DNA of 63,617 bases, the filler included, from Rhabdomonas costata (lineage: Eukaryota), in NCBI GenBank assembly GCA_019059605.1. It is 21 parts of 21 records of this genome, joined end to end, with 100 filler letters (N's around TTAATTAATTAA, not from the genome) between each part and the next. Parts side by side here need not be neighbours in the genome. Positions count along the whole stretch, not along the records: positions 24,330 to 27,260 come from JAHMHO010001707.1; positions 27,361 to 30,291 come from JAHMHO010001708.1; positions 30,392 to 33,322 come from JAHMHO010001709.1; positions 33,423 to 36,353 come from JAHMHO010001710.1; positions 36,454 to 39,384 come from JAHMHO010001711.1; 16 more parts are not named here. One strand, written 5' to 3'. Shown one piece after another: positions 25,700 to 37,294 of the stretch. The notes below the pieces were generated by a model. That model was not told the DNA's origin and searched no databases. It was given only the letters and a program-made list of their open reading frames with translations. Every line of letters begins with the position of its first letter. Positions within the stretch are counted from its first letter, which is position 1. The translations under genes and the position numbers were made by a program.

Positions 25700-27253
25700 T
25701 TACAGTGACAGAGCGCAGGCAGGGCCGGGGGTGGGGCGCTGTAGCCTGCGGGAAGAGACTCCGCAATGCGGCAGTGGCTTGTCCGCCTCCAGGAGGGTCT
25801 CATCGCTCTCCGCCCCAAAAGGCAACTCAAACAGCATGGCAGTGTCCTTGTAGCGGAATATGGAGAAGGTGGCTTGGTTTCCCCAAAGATCATCCTCCCG
25901 TGACACCAATGCATCGGGCTTCAGCCATGACCAAAGCAGGCGGAGGCTGCTGCCCCAGATCACCCCCTTGAAGGGCCACGGCTTCCAGGAAAGGTCCCCG
26001 TCGAACTCAGTGTATGGGAAGTGATCCCAGTACAGAAAGTCCGCGTCGCTGTCATCGGAGTCGTGGTCGTTGGATGGTCTTCTAAATAGAAACGGGTCTC
26101 GGGCAAGGGGGTGTGCGGGGTCCACCTCGCGGGATTCCTCGGCGCCGGGGGCCAGCGGCTCCACGTGGAGGGCAACGTAAGCTGAGTGGGCTTCTTCGAA
26201 ATCAGGCTGCCGGTTGACTGCGGTCCGACTCTTCTGAAAACACTCAAAGAGCACATCTACGGTTCGGAAGATGGGTACCACCCCAAATGCGTCTCTGACG
26301 GCCTGGTACAAAACTGCGTCCCTGCCCCGCAGAAGAGTTGCGGACGGGGACTCCTCACCATCCGTGCTGTACTGGTGCTGAAGAAGAAAGCCGCCATACG
26401 TGGCCCCAGCATACTGCGCAACCCTACACAGGCGAAGGGCACGGTCCCTAAGAAAGCAAGCTAGCCGCTTCGTGTCGCCCTCCCCGAACAAGATGTCCCG
26501 GAACAGGCGGCAGGACACGGAGGCCGCGATTGCGTCCTTGAAAGGGAGGAATGCTGCCGCGAGGCCGAGGCAGTCAACTGGAACCCGAGATAGCAGCCGC
26601 GACTGGTGCTGCCGCAGGGGATTCAGGTCCACGATCGGCAAATGAAGCACCTCGCCGGTGAGGTACAAGTTGTAGGTGGCCGCCAGCCGAGTCCCAGAGC
26701 GCATCTTTGGAACAAAGTGGAGCTGCGAGCAGAACCAGGCCGCCCACTGCCCAGCCTCGCCACAGGCCCACGTGCGAAGCTCATCCTTGTCCTTGGTGTT
26801 CTCCCCGCGAACCACGAACCCGACCTGGGCATCCTGCCCTGTGCACTGAATGGTCAGGCTTATGGTCATGATGTGCCCCTCCCGCTTCATCGAATCCTTG
26901 TGGGTTTTGAAAAAACTGGAGCGGCCGTACAGCAGCAGGTCATGCAATTCTGCACGAAGCCTGCGGCCAGGCGTTGCCGCAACCGCAACCGCATCGACAA
27001 CGGATTCCAGCGCAGGCCAGACAACGTCCAACTGGGCCTCCTCGATGTTGACCTTCCAGACTTTTCGGACGGAGAGATCCACCACCGTCTCGGCACCCAT
27101 CCCACAGGCGGCGGGCTTCGCAAACCGCCTCAAGTAAGTCAGCGACACGGGTTCACCACTTGTCCGTTGAATGACCTTGGGCAACGCCAGGGCTGCGGTG
27201 CGGCCGGCAAAGAAAGGGTAGTCGTGCACCGCCATCAAAGCGCCGTAGACCAC
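25700..27253 (-). CDS. 2OG-Fe(II) oxygenase-family protein with an internal F-box; intronless, possibly 5'-truncated at the contig edge
   Basis: Uninterrupted 517-aa ORF. LHDLLLYGRSSFFKTHKD (HxD), WAAWFCSQLHFVPKMRSGTRLAATYNLY (distal His, Arg), then F-box-like LLSRVPVDCLGLAAAFLPFKDAIAASVSCRLFRDIL. Confidence 0.85.
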   Translation of the reverse strand: MVYGALMAVHDYPFFAGRTAALALPKVIQRTSGEPVSLTYLRRFAKPAACGMGAETVVDLSVRKVWKVNIEEAQLDVVWPALESVVDAVAVAATPGRRLRAELHDLLLYGRSSFFKTHKDSMKREGHIMTISLTIQCTGQDAQVGFVVRGENTKDKDELRTWACGEAGQWAAWFCSQLHFVPKMRSGTRLAATYNLYLTGEVLHLPIVDLNPLRQHQSRLLSRVPVDCLGLAAAFLPFKDAIAASVSCRLFRDILFGEGDTKRLACFLRDRALRLCRVAQYAGATYGGFLLQHQYSTDGEESPSATLLRGRDAVLYQAVRDAFGVVPIFRTVDVLFECFQKSRTAVNRQPDFEEAHSAYVALHVEPLAPGAEESREVDPAHPLARDPFLFRRPSNDHDSDDSDADFLYWDHFPYTEFDGDLSWKPWPFKGVIWGSSLRLLWSWLKPDALVSREDDLWGNQATFSIFRYKDTAMLFELPFGAESDETLLEADKPLPHCGVSSRRLQRPTPGPACALSL

Positions 27254-27926
27254 CCCCCCCNNNNNNNNNNNNNNNNNNNNNNNNNNNNNNNNNNNNNNNN
27301 NNNNTTAATTAATTAANNNNNNNNNNNNNNNNNNNNNNNNNNNNNNNNNNNNNNNNNNNNGGGAGGAGAAGTTGGAGGAAAAGGACAACATGCGTGTGAG
27401 AGGAGGGAAAAGGCACGTAAATGTGGCAATGGGGTGGAACCAGTCGGCAGGAATGGAATCTGTGAAGAAAGCAAACAGGCGAATGTGGGAATCGGGACAC
27501 GTAGGTGGTAGTGAAGGATCGAAGGAAAGAAGTCAAAGAAGAAACCCAAAACAGAGATCGACAAGACACTGTACATCTACGTCTAAACGGGTGGGCACGA
27601 GGGAGGGAAGGTTGGCGGGGCCAGATAAGGCTGTCGGGGACCACCCCGCAACCCAGTTGCCCCAATTGTTGGCTACCACAGGTCCGAGTACAATTTTTTG
27701 TTTTTAAATTTTACAACGATAACAAAAAAGTTGGACTCTAGACAGACCGAGCTGAGTCAGCAGCGCAAAAACTTAAACAATGGTGGAAACTTTTTAAGGT
27801 GACGGAGAAGAAACACAGAAACAGGCGCAGAAAATTCAGGTGTCCCTGAGTCAACCCTAATCCCAAAACGCAGGCCAGTTGCGTGTTCACAGCTGTTTTC
27901 TTTCTTTCTGGCAGGTTTTCTTCACG

Positions 27927-28942
27927 ATGAAGTTCGTTTCATTTTGTCTCCACCTTCTCATCCTGATTTCTTCGTCTGCTGCCGTCACGTATGTTTCCTC
28001 ACCGCATTTCCCTTGGACTCTCCAGCTTTTCCCCCTAATCTCAATCAGCGGTGCTGCTAAAACCCATTTTCTCAGTCCTGCAACTCGTGTTTTAACTGTG
28101 TTTGTTGTTCTTGCTTTTCTGCTCAGTTTACCTGCGAGCGTTGACTTGCTGCACTCGCTTGATGGTGGTCTTTCTTGGCTCAGAAAGGGAACTGTATGCG
28201 CTCATTTCGCTTCAGCCGCATTGCAAGGCAGTGAACCAAAGCGGCTTCATTTTTCGTTGTTTGCCAATTTTCAGCTTCAGCTTGGAATGGGCCATCCTGT
28301 TGACGTAACGTTTGAGCCCTCATTTTCCACGTGGACTGAGCAAAACGTTGAGTCCCTAATTGTATGCCTGCGTCCTTGCTTGCTGCGTGGTTTGAAGTGC
28401 TTGAATGGTAATGTTTGCAGTTGAATTTTCAACGCTGCACCCCGCAAGCCTTGGCCATGGAAAGACAACGAGCTAGCTCTACCCTCCACCTCCACCTCAA
28501 AATAATGTCAACCCATTATTTGCTCATTCGTTGTTTGCCAGTTTGACGGGTTGACCGTCCGTTCTGGAATGACACCATTTTGCCTTTCAGGAACTCAGCA
28601 AGTCAGGTGGCCTCTACTATCTTGCGCTTCCTCGGTTTCTGGTCCAAGACTTTCCAGCTGCGGAGGAACATGTGCTTGACGGTGGACATGCTGGTGAGCT
28701 TCCTGGCGACTACATCCGCCTGGCAGTTGCCCCGGTTGTGTGCTCTGGCCGTGCGCAGCTTATGAAGCAATGTTAATAATTTATTTTTGGGTTGTCCCTG
28801 GCGCTGTCGAAGAATTGGTGGGCCTTCATGGCGCATGTGTTCTTCCTTTTCTCTCCACAGTGTGTGATCTTCAACGGCAACTTTCAGGAAAAGTATTCCA
28901 TTTACCTTTCATCCACGGCCGCTTCAGTGACTGCCATCATCG
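27927..28942 (+). CDS. EMC10-like ER membrane complex subunit, 5' part (exons 27927-27988, 28127-28193, 28275-28361, 28591-28734, 28861-28942)
   Basis: Signal peptide MKFVSFCLHLLILISSSAA; LLHSLDGGLSWLRKGTLQL; ELSKSGGLYYLALP; VAPCVIFNGNFQEKYSIYL. Motif order recalls the EMC10 lumenal domain. Four phase-compatible GT-AG introns. The gene structure is more certain than the name. Confidence 0.6.
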
Positions 28943-30645
28943 GTGTGTTCCTCAATTAAACCAAAGTGCACCGAACCGTCCCTTGGCACACTGCGCGAAT
29001 TTGGAGGAAGGTTTAAAGCGCATGGGCCGCTAGTTCCGTCCAGATTTTGCAGACGGCACTAGTTGGCGTTGGTAGCTGGCCCTGGATGGCGTTTCGGAAG
29101 CTGGAATTTGGAGTTTAAGCAGAAAATGTCTTGTTCAAGGGGGCACTATCTGGTGTTTTGGCAGACCCAAAGTTTACCATAACCCTTACCTTCTGAAAAT
29201 TTCATTTATCCGTTGAAGGAACCTGGAAACGCTCCCGACGAATGTGTGTTTTCCTTACTTTTTAATGCCAGCTTTTACATACCAGGGTAAATTTACCAGG
29301 ATGCAATAAATTATCAGAATGCATTTTACCATGTCCTTTTTTTTGGAAAGTGAAATGCTTCTGTGAGAATGATAATATATGTATAATTACCCTTACTGTT
29401 AAGATGTTCCAGACACCATTCACCAAAGAGGAAGATGTTGTTTACTGGAATGTTTACGGGTATCTTACATTGCATTATTTTTTGCGCGGTTGGATCCCCC
29501 CGCACTGTTGTGACAGAGGTCTCACACATGCCACATACCTGACTGTTCCAACACAGCCCCTGACTTTGTTGACACCTTGCGGTCCACACAGGTCATCCGA
29601 GTCCGCTTTTTCCAAGACTAAACTAAATGGCCTTTTTAAGACGCGTTTCAGTTTCTGATGCGTTGGGGTCTTTAATCAAGTTTCTTTTGACTTTTTTTAT
29701 GGAGTCATGAGTGAGTACCCTCAAAAGTTTCAAAAGTAGGATTTTGAGGGTACTCTCCAGGGTACGTTGGGCGTTTTCCAACAACGTTGGGCGTTTTCCA
29801 ACAATTGAAGACATCTGTAAGTAGTTTTTGGGGTCCAAATTTTTCTTCCACCACCCTGGCATTGAACAACACCAAAGCACTAAAGCACAAAATCACAGCG
29901 GAAAACGGGAAACAACTGAACGAAATTTGCAGGAATTCAATACAACGCGAACTCCAGGAGAGTGGAAGCCCAGAAGAGAAGTGGTTCCTTTACGGTGGTC
30001 CAGTAATGAGGTTGAGTCACCAGCCCTCCTTTCTTCGAGCCTGTGGCGGTGCTCACAACACGGCCGCCCTTTGCTAGGCGTGCCCCGTCCCCCGGCCCAA
30101 GGCAGCAGCCATTCCGCCGTGCGACAGCGGAAACCACACCACTGCCCACCCAAGCTGACGCCCAACCGCCAAACCTGCGGAAATGCGGCCCAGAGGAGCA
30201 AGGCGTCCGCTAGCGACTGTGGTTCTCCTCTGGGAAAGACTCCACCTGTTTCAAACTTTGGAAGTCCCACATACCAAACTCACTCAACACANNNNNNNNN
30301 NNNNNNNNNNNNNNNNNNNNNNNNNNNNNNNNNNNTTAATTAATTAANNNNNNNNNNNNNNNNNNNNNNNNNNNNNNNNNNNNNNNNNNNNGGTGTGGGT
30401 GGCGATCGCTGAGAGAGGCTGAGGGAGGGCGGGCGGCGTATAATGTTTCTCGTACGAGAATACCTGGATACCTGATCTAAAGGTAAGGGACCTTGACATG
30501 GTAACAACAACGGACCCGCCTCATGATGGCGGTCCATATGCTTACAGTTGACATGACCAATGATGGGGCTGGACATATTTTTTCTGGGTTGCATTGAGTT
30601 TTGTTGAGCTGCGCACCCTTCGCTTTCTCCTTACTCCACCCGCAG

Positions 30646-32289
30646 AGTGTCGGACCTGCTGCCCAGCCTCTCCGCGCTGCTGCTACACGAGCACCCCGAC
30701 ATCGCCTCGGAGTGTGCGAAGGCCCTGGCGAACTTCTGCCGGGCCTCGTCGGTCCGGACTTGGATCGTCGCGAACCGAGTGGACGAGGCGCTGGTGTTCA
30801 TGTCTCCCCCCTTCTCACGGCGTTTTCCGCCGCCTTCACGGTGCTGGTTACTGCTTTTAATGGCCGTTTCTGTAATCCTTGTAGACAGCGTCCTGGCTCC
30901 GTGATGCTTGTTTGCTTCAGCAGAATGGCACAGCACCATTTATTCATGCTCCCTCTCCTTGAATTTTGGCGTTCTCCTCTGTGCGAATCCGAATTTCGTT
31001 CCGTTGCTTATGGATTTAGCATTTAGTATGGTGACGAATTGGAGGAGGAGGGGGGGGGGCGTCTGAAACTCGTATGTTGACACTCGTCTTACAATGAAAC
31101 CGTCACGACCGCTCCCAGGCACAATATATACCTCTCCTCACTCTATGGTTTTCTCGCCACAGGGAGTGCTGGTGGGGCACCCCGAGGACTCCGTGGTGAA
31201 CGCCGTGGCCGGGGCGCTGATCAACCTCAGCGGGGACTCAGAGGTGGCCTCCAGGCTGCTCGCGCTCAACCTGCCCTCCGCTCTGCTGGAGTGGTCTCTC
31301 CCTCCCTCACCGCTCCTTTTCTGTTCATATTCATTGCCTCTGTGTCCTTTGGATGCGGTGTCCGATATGTGGCTCTTCCAAGTCCCCCTCCTCCGCTCGC
31401 TTTCTGGCGTTTATGGCGTGTAAGCTCCTCCAATGGCGCCGCAACGTTTTGCTGTTTTGCTCGTCTTCGCATTAATTCTTAAAGTAAGCTTTTTCTTTTG
31501 GATGGGCGAAATTCATTTGCAACCTGTTTGGGTGGCGTAAAAGGTGCTTTCGAAAGGAATGCTCCTGAACTGGAGAATAGGTTGGCTATGGTAAATGAAA
31601 AGAGGGTGAATGAAGGGAGAGAACGCCAACGCTTTGGAAGGAGACAGCCCAGTTTTGCATCCAGATGGATGCCATCTGCTGTCTTGTGCGGGAAAAAAAC
31701 AGGCTGTCAGACTTCAGCGAGAGCGCGTCGGCTGAACAGCTGGACACTCTGAGGCGGGTGCTGAAGGTAGTGGTCAACCTTTTGGGGGCCTCCTCGCTGT
31801 CCGAGGAGGGCGACACCGATCCCAAGGCATGGCATTTTTGGATCTGAGTTTGCTTATGTTCATGTGCGGTTTGATGTTTTGGGGCATAACGAACGTGTGA
31901 TGCGGGGATGCATCGTGAAAGCCATACTGCATTCTTGCTTTTCTCGCATTCACTGAGGGGGTCCTTTTTCGTGTACAAAAACATCGACGCGACCCCATCA
32001 TGAACAGTGAAGAGCAATCTTTTCACTCACTCACCCTCTCTCTCTCCAGGACAGCTTCTCCATGATCGCCGAAGTGGTGTCCAGCATTCAGCGCAGTCTT
32101 GTCCAGGCTCTAGCGGCCCAGGCCGGCGCCACGGAGGGGGAGGAGCAACCCCCTCAGGCCCTGCCCCACGCTGAGGAGACCTCGGACCTGCTGCAGCATG
32201 TTCTGCGCAGCCTTCTGGCGCGGTGGCCGGAGCTCCGCATAGGCAGCGACTCCGACGACTCCTCCAACGCTGTTTTCGAAGAGCTCTAA
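30646..32289 (+). CDS. Armadillo-repeat protein, ARMC2-like, 3' part (exons 30646-30793, 31162 to about 31290, 31703 to about 31826, 32050-32289)
   Basis: LLLHEHPDIASECAKALANFCR...VDEAL|GVLVGHPEDSVVNAVAGALINLSGD ARM repeats; ends at TAA 32287-32289. Confidence 0.75.
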
Positions 32290-33628
32290 CGGGGAGGAAG
32301 GGAATCAATTCGTTGGTAAGGTTGGCCCTTGGTTTATCTGCGTGGAAGCGCGGGCTGTTGGGACGGCAGTGGTGATTTTTGCTTGACGCCTCCGCCGCCG
32401 CCATCTCTCACCCTCCTTCTCCAAAAGTTGCATGTGTGAAGACACGTCTTTTTATGTCTGTGTTGAGCAGTGCATAGCGTGGAGTACTCCACCTGCGCAC
32501 ACTCCCGCCCATCCTTCCTTCTGATCCCTTGTACATTTCTTGAATGTCTTTTTGTCTTGACCCCCCCCTTTGAGGTGCATGCTGTGAACCTCCCTGCACT
32601 TTTGCATTCGTGATGACCCCACTTCCCTTGAAAGCGGTTATTCCTGTCACCAATAAATGACTGCCTGTGTATTTGCGTTGGTGGGCGCGAACAATTCAAT
32701 GAATATGATTAGTGGCAGCGTAAGTTGTGTTCTTCACAATGGGTGTCAAAACGGATCCCACTTCATCGAATTCCACCGAAACCTCTGTGCTACCTTACAA
32801 AATTGCTGTCCTTGCTAAGTTCACTCTCACTGAGATAATATGTTTTGATTGTTTTGATCTTCTTGTCCTTTCTCCCGAGAATGTCGTATCCTTTCATTAC
32901 CACAGAACGATGCGATTCCATCCGATTGAATTGCTGTGATTTATGCATGGATGGGGGGGGGGGGCAGGTGACACTAATCATTTGACCAGCTGTCAGCTGT
33001 CTGTGTCGGGATTGGTGGTCTGGTCACTTCACTATTCCCCTTGTTTGCGTTTGTTTGAACCCCTATTATAAGAACACAAGTTCATCGGGCGTGGGTTTTT
33101 CCAGGCACCGGAATTTCTATGGAAATACTCGCCAGATGATTCAGCAATTGCCTGCCGCACTTTTCCGCAGTGGCCTATTTTGCGGGCTGCTATTTTTCCG
33201 GCACCCGTGTTTTCGCTTAGAGTCTTGGGATTTTCTCCCCTTTCCTTTTTTCCCCTTTCCTTCTGCAGACGCTCATTGAATCGGGTTGTTCTTTCTTGGG
33301 AAGTGCCTGACCACCAACCCACNNNNNNNNNNNNNNNNNNNNNNNNNNNNNNNNNNNNNNNNNNNNTTAATTAATTAANNNNNNNNNNNNNNNNNNNNNN
33401 NNNNNNNNNNNNNNNNNNNNNNTGTGTGTGTGTGTGTGGTTGGGACAAGCAATGATTTCGTTTTTTGTGCCACATGTTGAGCCTCATTATGAGGGATTGG
33501 GATTTCCGTCTCCGCACTGGACCGTCTCCTGTTGCACACTGTTGCAATTCGATAAATGTGATATTTTGGTGAGATTCTGTGAGCAGAACGAATCACTTTT
33601 GTACCTGAGCCCACCTGTTTTTGCGCAG

Positions 33629-36111
33629 GGCCTTGAAGCCCTGAAGGATTTGCGAACTCTGTATCTTCACCAAAACTGCATCTCCAAGGTGGAGAATCTG
33701 GAGTGCTGCCCGCTTCTGAACACGCTCAACCTGAGCAACAACTGGATTGTTCAAATTGAGGTTTTTTGGCGTAAGCGACTTTGGCGTGTTCCGGAATTTG
33801 GGTGGTGAGTTCCAGCGGAGTTTGTAGAATAAAGTTCCAGCGAAGTTTGTAGAAATAAGTTTGCACCCCTAGCTCGCCCCCCCTCCCAACCAATGTGGAT
33901 GAACTGTCTTCTTTGGGCTTGGGGATTGCTTGAGGTCCGATTAGGGCTTGTGGAGGTGTTGGTGGCGTTGGTGAGTGTTGGCTTCCGCTCAAATCCCTGC
34001 TGCGACAAGCAGCGAAATGCGCGTTTGCAAGAAGGAAAAAGTTGAACTGGTGGTCGAGAGGAGGTAAGCTTTATTTGTCAGAGAAGGGGGAGCTGAGACC
34101 CCCGCCAAGGTGGCCGACATTGTTTTCGTACGTGGTCGGTAAAGAAGTTGAGGGGAGGTCACCCCGGAAATGGGGAGGGGTTTGGACCACTTGCGTGGGC
34201 TGAAATCTTCAATCTGTCTGCTGGGTGACTTCCGACATGGGTTCTTTGGACCGGAGCCGGAGTGCCTGGCATGGGCCCATACTTGGGGCTTGGTGGGTTC
34301 GTAGTACTCCTGAGTTGAATTTACTTGCAGCTTCTTAACCTCTGGCTGCAATGTGGTGTAACAAGAGGCGCTGCTTCTAACCCCTTCCCACCTGTGCACC
34401 CCCCACCCCACATGCACATAAAGACACGAGCGAACGAAAACCAATATTTTCTGCCTTGTTTCGGGTGTTTGTAAATTCTCCAATGGCTTTGTAATTCAAT
34501 TTGAGTAGTTTTGTTTTGTTTTGTTTTGCGCAGAACCTCTCGGGACTCACTCACTTGGAGACGTTGACTCTGAGTCACTGCCGCTTGGGCAGCATGGCGA
34601 GCCTTCAGCACCTCGGGGAAATACCGTCGCTTCAAGTCGTGGACATCTCCCACAATAAAATTGATGTCAAGGTTGCCATTGTTGGTTTCTGCGTCTATTT
34701 TTTGGGGGGTTATTTTTGTGAAAAATCACCCTACCTGCATTGTTTCAACAGGATGACGAGGACCCAGAGGTTTTTGTTGACTTTTGGAAAGCCCTACCCA
34801 ACTTGGCTGTCTTGTATGCACAAGGTCTGTCTGCGCGCATCCTTTTTGTGCATGCCACTTCAAACCTAGCCTAGTTTATTCAGAGCGTTTTCGTTGCTGT
34901 CGGTGGATTTGTTGGAAGGCAACGAAGTCGTTGGGAAGATCCGCCACTACCGAAAGAAGATGATCAGCCGTGTTCCGCAGCTGACCTTTTTGGACGACCG
35001 CCCGATCTTTGACGAAGAGAAGCGCTTGACCCTGGTTTGCTCGTAATCGCTTTGACAAAGTTCAGAAGTTTTCGCCTTCAGTGGGGCCGCAGGAAAGATA
35101 GATGATATTGTCAAATTTATTCTCTCACTGTTTGTTTGCTAAACATGAAAATATCATCCTGCCTTTGATTCAATCATCCCTTGCTTTGGTTTGATGTCAT
35201 TTTCATGGTTTCTCGGATATTTCATGTATGCTTGTGATAGCAAAGCTTCCACGTTGCTGCCTTACAGGCGTGGGCTGCTGGAGGGCACCAAGCCGAGTCT
35301 CAGGAGAGGGCTTTGATTGCAGAAGAGAAGGCTGCTGAGCTGAAGCGGGATCTTCAGCGGTGGAAGGACCTACAGGAGAAGGTAGTACCCCATTGAACGG
35401 TTGAAACCGTGATTCGCGAAAAGTGAGCAAACAAGTTTCTTGTACTGACGTAAACTTCTGGGACGGTGTGTGTGTGGGGGGGCAATCAACGTTTACGCCC
35501 CCATCCCACAATACGCAAGAGCCAAATTTAATTGTGTGTTGCAAATTGTTCACAATCCGATCATTCAGACTATTCCGTTTTTTTAAGAGCGAAACAGACC
35601 TTTTTTGCTGGCTTATTTAACCGTCCTCTTTTGATCCACTCCAATAGACAAGAACGAGTCCGTTGTGATGCCAACTATGAACCTGGAGCCAAGCCAACTT
35701 ATTCGTGGTTTGAACGCGGTTTGAAGCAAATCACTCAAGTATCTGTTGGGACCCGTTTGGGGCTGCAGGAAGGAGAAATTGCAACTGTGCAGGGAGGTGA
35801 GTCACTCTGCCCGTTCGGCCACTGCACTCTTGCAGATTGATGGGTTTTCATGCAGTGATGAACGATGTCGTACAAGCAGCTTCTGCATTTGAAATTCGGC
35901 TCGCAACTGCCAGCAGTCGCTCCTTATCCAACTTTTCAGTTTGGGGCTTCTTGAACATGCAAAAAGCTAACGACAGTTGTTCGTCTGATGCGACGGTGCC
36001 ACACGATGCGTTCAGGGTAGAGAGATCAAGGAAGCCCGCGAGAAGGAGTGGCAGGAGCAGCTTTCCCGGAAGATGGAGATTGACGAAGAGATTCGCCGGG
36101 AGCGGAGAAAT
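33629..36111 (+). CDS. DNAAF1: Dynein assembly factor DNAAF1/ODA7/LRRC50-like LRR protein, internal exons (33629-33760, 34534-34671, 34752-34824, 34919-35034, 35268-35381, 36016-36111)
   Basis: SDS22-type LRRs (LRTLYLHQNCISKVENL, LNTLNLSNNWI), LRRcap GNEVVGKIRHYRKKMISRVPQLTFLDDRPIFDEEKR, then AWAAGG..AE..ER and a coiled coil. All introns are GT-AG and in phase. Confidence 0.9.
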
Positions 36112-37294
36112 GTGCGTGAGCCTGTGCTTGCATCATTGAGAGCATCACGAATGTGTCTAGTGTGGAAATGGGTTCTGGTATTTTTTTATAACGGTGGAGG
36201 AGGGCAAAAGAAGCAGACCTGGGGTCGTTTTTTATGTACTGCGGGCCCGAAACGCTGCGTGGCCGATATCTCTTGGTAGCCCCTTGGCAGCTCTTTCTTA
36301 AATTTTTTTTTAATCTTGTGCCGCTTCTTTCCCCAGCGCAGTGGAGGGTGATCNNNNNNNNNNNNNNNNNNNNNNNNNNNNNNNNNNNNNNNNNNNNTTA
36401 ATTAATTAANNNNNNNNNNNNNNNNNNNNNNNNNNNNNNNNNNNNNNNNNNNNTTTGTTTTAACAAGAGACTTTCTTGAAAAAAGATAAAATTATAGCAC
36501 TTCAAAGACCTGGTGGTGCTGCACTTACAACTGACACAGTTGCAAGCGCACAGAGCGCAAAGCTGAGAAGCATGGTAATCGTATTTTCGCAATGACGCAA
36601 GGAGTGGTCCTTTTCGAAAACTCAGTAACAGCAGGTCATGCCCACAGATGGTATCAATATGCGCAAACGTCTAGAACAGGGGGTGAAGTGTCCCTTACAC
36701 TTTTGGATTTGTGCACACAATACTAATGCTGACTATATTTTCGGTCCATTGCACGAAATGCTCCACTGGTTTCCAGCGTTCTGTTCACCGCTATGGATGA
36801 AGGAACCAGGTCAGAAACACCAAGAAGTTTTTGCTATGATGTCCAATTCCTGGGTAAGCTTCGTCAGGCTACCAAACGAGCACGGTGAAAACACAGGAAG
36901 GTCACAAAGGGAGTTCGTCACCATCAGAGAACACGCGAACGTCGCTAAAAAGCGGGGGCCGCAACCGGTGCTCCGGTAGGGTATGGGTTGTTGCACCTTT
37001 GCACTGATAAACGCGGTTCTGTGTGTTACTGTGGAACCGCCATCTGCCGCATTTTGCTGGGCGGTGTCATCTACAAAATTCGGGCGCTTTTTTTTTTGGC
37101 AAATGGGGTGTATCTAAAAGGAAAGGCCAAAATACGGGGGTGACCACGGGCAGACAACCAGCAAACACGTGCACAGAAGTTCGGTCAAACGTCCGGAACA
37201 ACAAAATTATGGTGGAGGGGAAGGGAAAAAACATCTTTCACTTTGACTGCGGCACTTTCGGAAAAGGTTTTCTCTTGCTCTCTCACCACCAACA

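Noticed and set aside
26606-27260. 236-aa plus-strand ORF
   Set aside because: Antisense shadow of the GC3-rich oxygenase/F-box gene.
29283-29860. AT-rich block bounded by ccagggt/accctgg as a possible hAT MITE
   Set aside because: Only about 7 bp of inverted match and no target-site duplication.
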